Assembly: GCA_002316835.1 (NCBI GenBank)
Contig: DCEG01000005.1
Location: 8,884-72,319, forward strand
Length of the DNA: 63,436 nt
DNA from: Bacteroidales bacterium UBA1035
GTDB taxonomy: Bacteria > Bacteroidota > Bacteroidia > Bacteroidales > Dysgonomonadaceae
Direction of reading: 5' to 3'
The first letter of the stretch is position 1. Each line of letters begins with the position of its first letter. Shown here one piece after another: positions 60,567 through 63,436 of the stretch. The translations under genes and the position numbers were made by a program. Under the pieces are notes generated by a model. The model was given only the letters and a program-made list of their open reading frames with translations. It did no database searches and had not been told where the DNA came from.

Positions 60567-61727
60567 ATGCAAAATAAATCCATCGCATTTATCGCCAATT
60601 TTACAGGTATTCTCCTGTTTGGGGTTTCAATGGTGATTATAGGCTCATTGTTGCCGATTCTGAAAACCCGTTTCGGGATGACCGATATTGCAGCTGGAAG
60701 TTTGTTTTCCATCCTTCCCATAGGTCTGTTGGTAGGTTCGGTCACGTTTGGCCCTGTTGTAGATAAATTTGGGTACAGGTGGGTACTTTCCGTTGCTTCG
60801 TTACTTCTTGCACTGGGGTTTTTTGGGATTGCACATTCTGATTCCATTAATTTACTGAGAGCCAGTATTTTCTTTTTCGGATTGGGTGGTGGAGTTATTA
60901 ACGGTGGAACAAGTGCCTTGGTTTCCGATTTAAGCGAGGGGAAAAATAAGATTATAAATCTAAACTGGCTGGGAATGTTTTACGGATTTGGTGCTTTTTC
61001 CATGCCGATGATACTGAGTAGAATAAATGAAATCCACTATACTGCGGTTATCGATATCGTTAGCGTGATCAGTTTACTGGTTGCCGTAATTTTCCTTACA
61101 ATAAGCTACCCGTTGACTGTTCAAAAGGAGAAAATATCAGTTAAACTCATTCCTGTTTTTGTGAGGAACAAACTGTTTATGGCGATTTGCTTTTATCTGT
61201 TTTTTCAATCGGCATTCGAAGCCATTATTAATAATTGGTCGGTCTCATTTTTTATCGATAAACTTGCAACACCTCAAAATCAGGCATTGATGGCATTATC
61301 GGTTTCAATACTGGGACTTATATGCTTGAGAATTCTAACCGGAAGCCTGCTGAAGAACTGGCATCATTTCCGGTTAATTCAACTATCCTTGCTATTGTTT
61401 TCACTCGGATTGATTTGTTTGGTGATTCCAGCGCCATACTACGTTCATTTGTTTGGGATGTTCCTCATCGGTGGTGGTTTAGCACCCGGATTTCCTGTAA
61501 TGCTCGGCGTTGTAGGCGAATTATTCAAAGAAGTATCGGGAACGGCATTTAGTTTTGCAATGCTAATTGCTCTCACGGGAAACATCATCATAAATTATTT
61601 GATCGGAATATTGACCGAAAATTTTGGGATGGGTATTTATCCATACGTGATCCTTACGGAAATCGTGATGATGATTTTTATCTTTATTTTGATTAAAAAA
61701 ACAGATATCGAAAAAGCTTCTTCTTAG
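60567..61727 (+). CDS. MFS transporter (FucP/TsgA-like)
   Basis: About 12 TM helices; GPVVDKFGYR motif A. Confidence 0.88.
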   Translation: MQNKSIAFIANFTGILLFGVSMVIIGSLLPILKTRFGMTDIAAGSLFSILPIGLLVGSVTFGPVVDKFGYRWVLSVASLLLALGFFGIAHSDSINLLRASIFFFGLGGGVINGGTSALVSDLSEGKNKIINLNWLGMFYGFGAFSMPMILSRINEIHYTAVIDIVSVISLLVAVIFLTISYPLTVQKEKISVKLIPVFVRNKLFMAICFYLFFQSAFEAIINNWSVSFFIDKLATPQNQALMALSVSILGLICLRILTGSLLKNWHHFRLIQLSLLLFSLGLICLVIPAPYYVHLFGMFLIGGGLAPGFPVMLGVVGELFKEVSGTAFSFAMLIALTGNIIINYLIGILTENFGMGIYPYVILTEIVMMIFIFILIKKTDIEKASS

Positions 61728-61767
61728 CGCTGCTTTGGAAATGAATTTGTAACTAAAAGTTTTTATT

Positions 61768-61790
61768 CTTTACTCTTTACTCTTTACTCT
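61768..61790. repeat. Short heptamer tandem repeat (CTTTACT)x3
   Basis: ctttact ctttact ctttact upstream of the creatininase gene. Confidence 0.5.
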
Positions 61791-61804
61791 ATAATCTTTT
61801 TAAA

Positions 61805-62545
61805 ATGAACTCAATTGATTTAAGATCAGCCAGCTGGAAGGATGTAAAAGAAACCAGATACGATGCAGTAATTCTGCCCTGGGGCGCATTCGAACCACAT
61901 AATTATCATCTGCCGTACCTTACGGATTGTTATTTATCACATCATATCGCATTGGATAGCGCGGAGTTGGCTTACGATAGATCGGGTGTGCTGTGCGCTG
62001 TGCTGCCACCTGTTTATTTTGGATCGCAAAATCCCGGACAATGGAATCTGCCATTGTGCATTCATACTAACAGTGAAACACAAAAAGCTATCCTTTGCGA
62101 TATAGTGGATTCGCTTCACGGACAAGGTTTCAGAAAATTAGTTCTCATAAACGGGCACGGCGGGAATACGTTTAAAACGTACGTTCGCGATTTAGCCAAA
62201 AAATATCCCGATTTCATCGTTATTGTTGTAGATTGGTGGTCGATAATTCCAACCGAAGGTTATTTTGAAGAAAAAACCGATGAGCACGGCGGTGAGCAGG
62301 AAACATCGGTATTGCTTTATTATCGTCCCGATTTGGTGAAAATGGAACAAGCCGGTGACGGCAAAGTGAATCCGCTTCCGATAGAATCGATCAATCAAAA
62401 AGTGGGTTGGTTACCACGCGATTGGGGAGTAGTTTCAGAAGATACAGGTATCGGGAATCCCAAAAAATCCACTGCTGAAAAAGGCGAAAAATACGTCAAA
62501 GCCGTAGTGGATAAAATTGCCGATTTGCTGATGGAGTTGAAGTAG
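61805..62545 (+). CDS. Creatininase-family amidohydrolase
   Basis: EPHNYHLPYLTD, NGHGGN, HGGEQETS. Confidence 0.9.
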   Translation: MNSIDLRSASWKDVKETRYDAVILPWGAFEPHNYHLPYLTDCYLSHHIALDSAELAYDRSGVLCAVLPPVYFGSQNPGQWNLPLCIHTNSETQKAILCDIVDSLHGQGFRKLVLINGHGGNTFKTYVRDLAKKYPDFIVIVVDWWSIIPTEGYFEEKTDEHGGEQETSVLLYYRPDLVKMEQAGDGKVNPLPIESINQKVGWLPRDWGVVSEDTGIGNPKKSTAEKGEKYVKAVVDKIADLLMELK

Positions 62546-62569
62546 AGACGTTGTGCGCAACGTCTCTGC
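62542..62569. repeat. GTAG-type REP-like palindrome, copy 4
   Basis: GTAGAGACGTTG-TGCG-CAACGTCTCTGC, overlapping the TAG stop. Confidence 0.75.
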
Positions 62570-62575
62570 AAACCA

Positions 62576-63436
62576 TTAATTATCTTTCAAATACTCCCTC
62601 AATACGTATTGCAAGATTCCGTTGTTTTTAAAGTATTCAATTTCGATTTCGGAATCAAACCGGGCTTTAACTTCAAAAATCGTTACCTTTCCTTCGGGAT
62701 GAACAGCTTCCACATACAATAATTTGTGAGGTACAAGATTATCGGCAAGTCCCCTGATAGTATAAGTTTCTGTTCCATCCAGGCCCAGGATTTCTGCATT
62801 TTGATCTTCGAGAAAGACCAAGGGTGCAACACCCATTCCCACCAGGTTACTGCGATGGATACGTTCGAAACTTTCGGCAATTACTGCTTTTATGCCCAAA
62901 AGATATGCTCCTTTTGCTGCCCAATCGCGCGACGAGCCGGAACCATATTCTTTCCCCGCTAAAACAATTAAAGGAGTATTGTCCCGTTGATAATCCATTG
63001 CTGTTTCGTAAACGGTTTTCACTTCGTTGGTTGGAAAATGTCGGCTTAAACCACCTTCCTTATCAACGATCTTGTTTTTGATACGAACGTTGGCAAATGT
63101 GCCACGCATCATCACTTCATGGTTTCCACGACGGGAACCGTACGAGTTAAAATCGGGCTTCTCAACTCCGTGTGTTTTTAAATATTGTCCTGCAGCACTG
63201 TCTTCTCTGAAAGAACCGGCCGGAGAAATATGGTCGGTAGTTACTGAGTCGCCCAAATAGAGCAACACACGCGCTTTATTAATATTGGTAAGCGGATCAG
63301 GTTCAGCAGTCAGATTCTCGAAGAAAGGTGCTTCTTTGATATAAGTCGATTTTTCACTCCATTCATAATTTTGATCTAAATTTACTTTTAGATTCTGCCA
63401 ATCGGTGGATCCGTCGAAAATAACATCGTAAACTTC
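62576..63436 (-). CDS. acnA: Aconitate hydratase AcnA (C-terminal part; 5' end outside window)
   Basis: DSVTTDHISPAG, NSYGSRRGN, GSGSSRDWAAKG, ERIHRSNL; frame open to window end. Confidence 0.95.
   Translation of the reverse strand, partial: EVYDVIFDGSTDWQNLKVNLDQNYEWSEKSTYIKEAPFFENLTAEPDPLTNINKARVLLYLGDSVTTDHISPAGSFREDSAAGQYLKTHGVEKPDFNSYGSRRGNHEVMMRGTFANVRIKNKIVDKEGGLSRHFPTNEVKTVYETAMDYQRDNTPLIVLAGKEYGSGSSRDWAAKGAYLLGIKAVIAESFERIHRSNLVGMGVAPLVFLEDQNAEILGLDGTETYTIRGLADNLVPHKLLYVEAVHPEGKVTIFEVKARFDSEIEIEYFKNNGILQYVLREYLKDN

Overview
Chromosomal window from a Bacteroidales bacterium, most likely Dysgonomonadaceae (Proteiniphilum/Petrimonas-like). This is inferred from SusC/SusD, TTTG-N19-21-TAnnTTTG promoters and gene content. 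In order: pstSCAB-phoU-phoB-phoR; a Streptococcus-type acetoin/pyruvate dehydrogenase operon whose lipoyl domain sits on E3 rather than E2; an MG2-domain protein; an orphan SusC/SusD pair; a ~13 kb two-AraC redox/small-molecule island (flavodoxins, NTF2/SnoaL proteins, ABM, two DUF5916 barrels, aldo-keto reductases) with duplicated operator motifs visible in the DNA; a tryptophanase/tyrosine phenol-lyase-family lyase; a ROK kinase followed by a Tat-exported sugar aminotransferase, a deacetylase and a Tat Gfo/Idh/MocA enzyme; a lipoprotein/OMP trio; a metallophosphoesterase behind a Pho-box-like array; purH-mreBCD-mrdA-rodA; tRNA modification/editing genes; mtgA; a YgbA/LuxR/MFS/creatininase block; and the 3' end of acnA. 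Four GTAG-type REP-like palindromes, fold-back short-repeat spacers and a MITE-like remnant occur. No rRNA, tRNA, CRISPR or intact transposase was seen. The best candidates for undescribed biology are the periplasmic amino-sugar/aminocyclitol transamination module (36.7-40.5 kb) and the AraC/DUF5916 island (20.9-33.7 kb). All family calls come from motif recognition only; no database searches were run.
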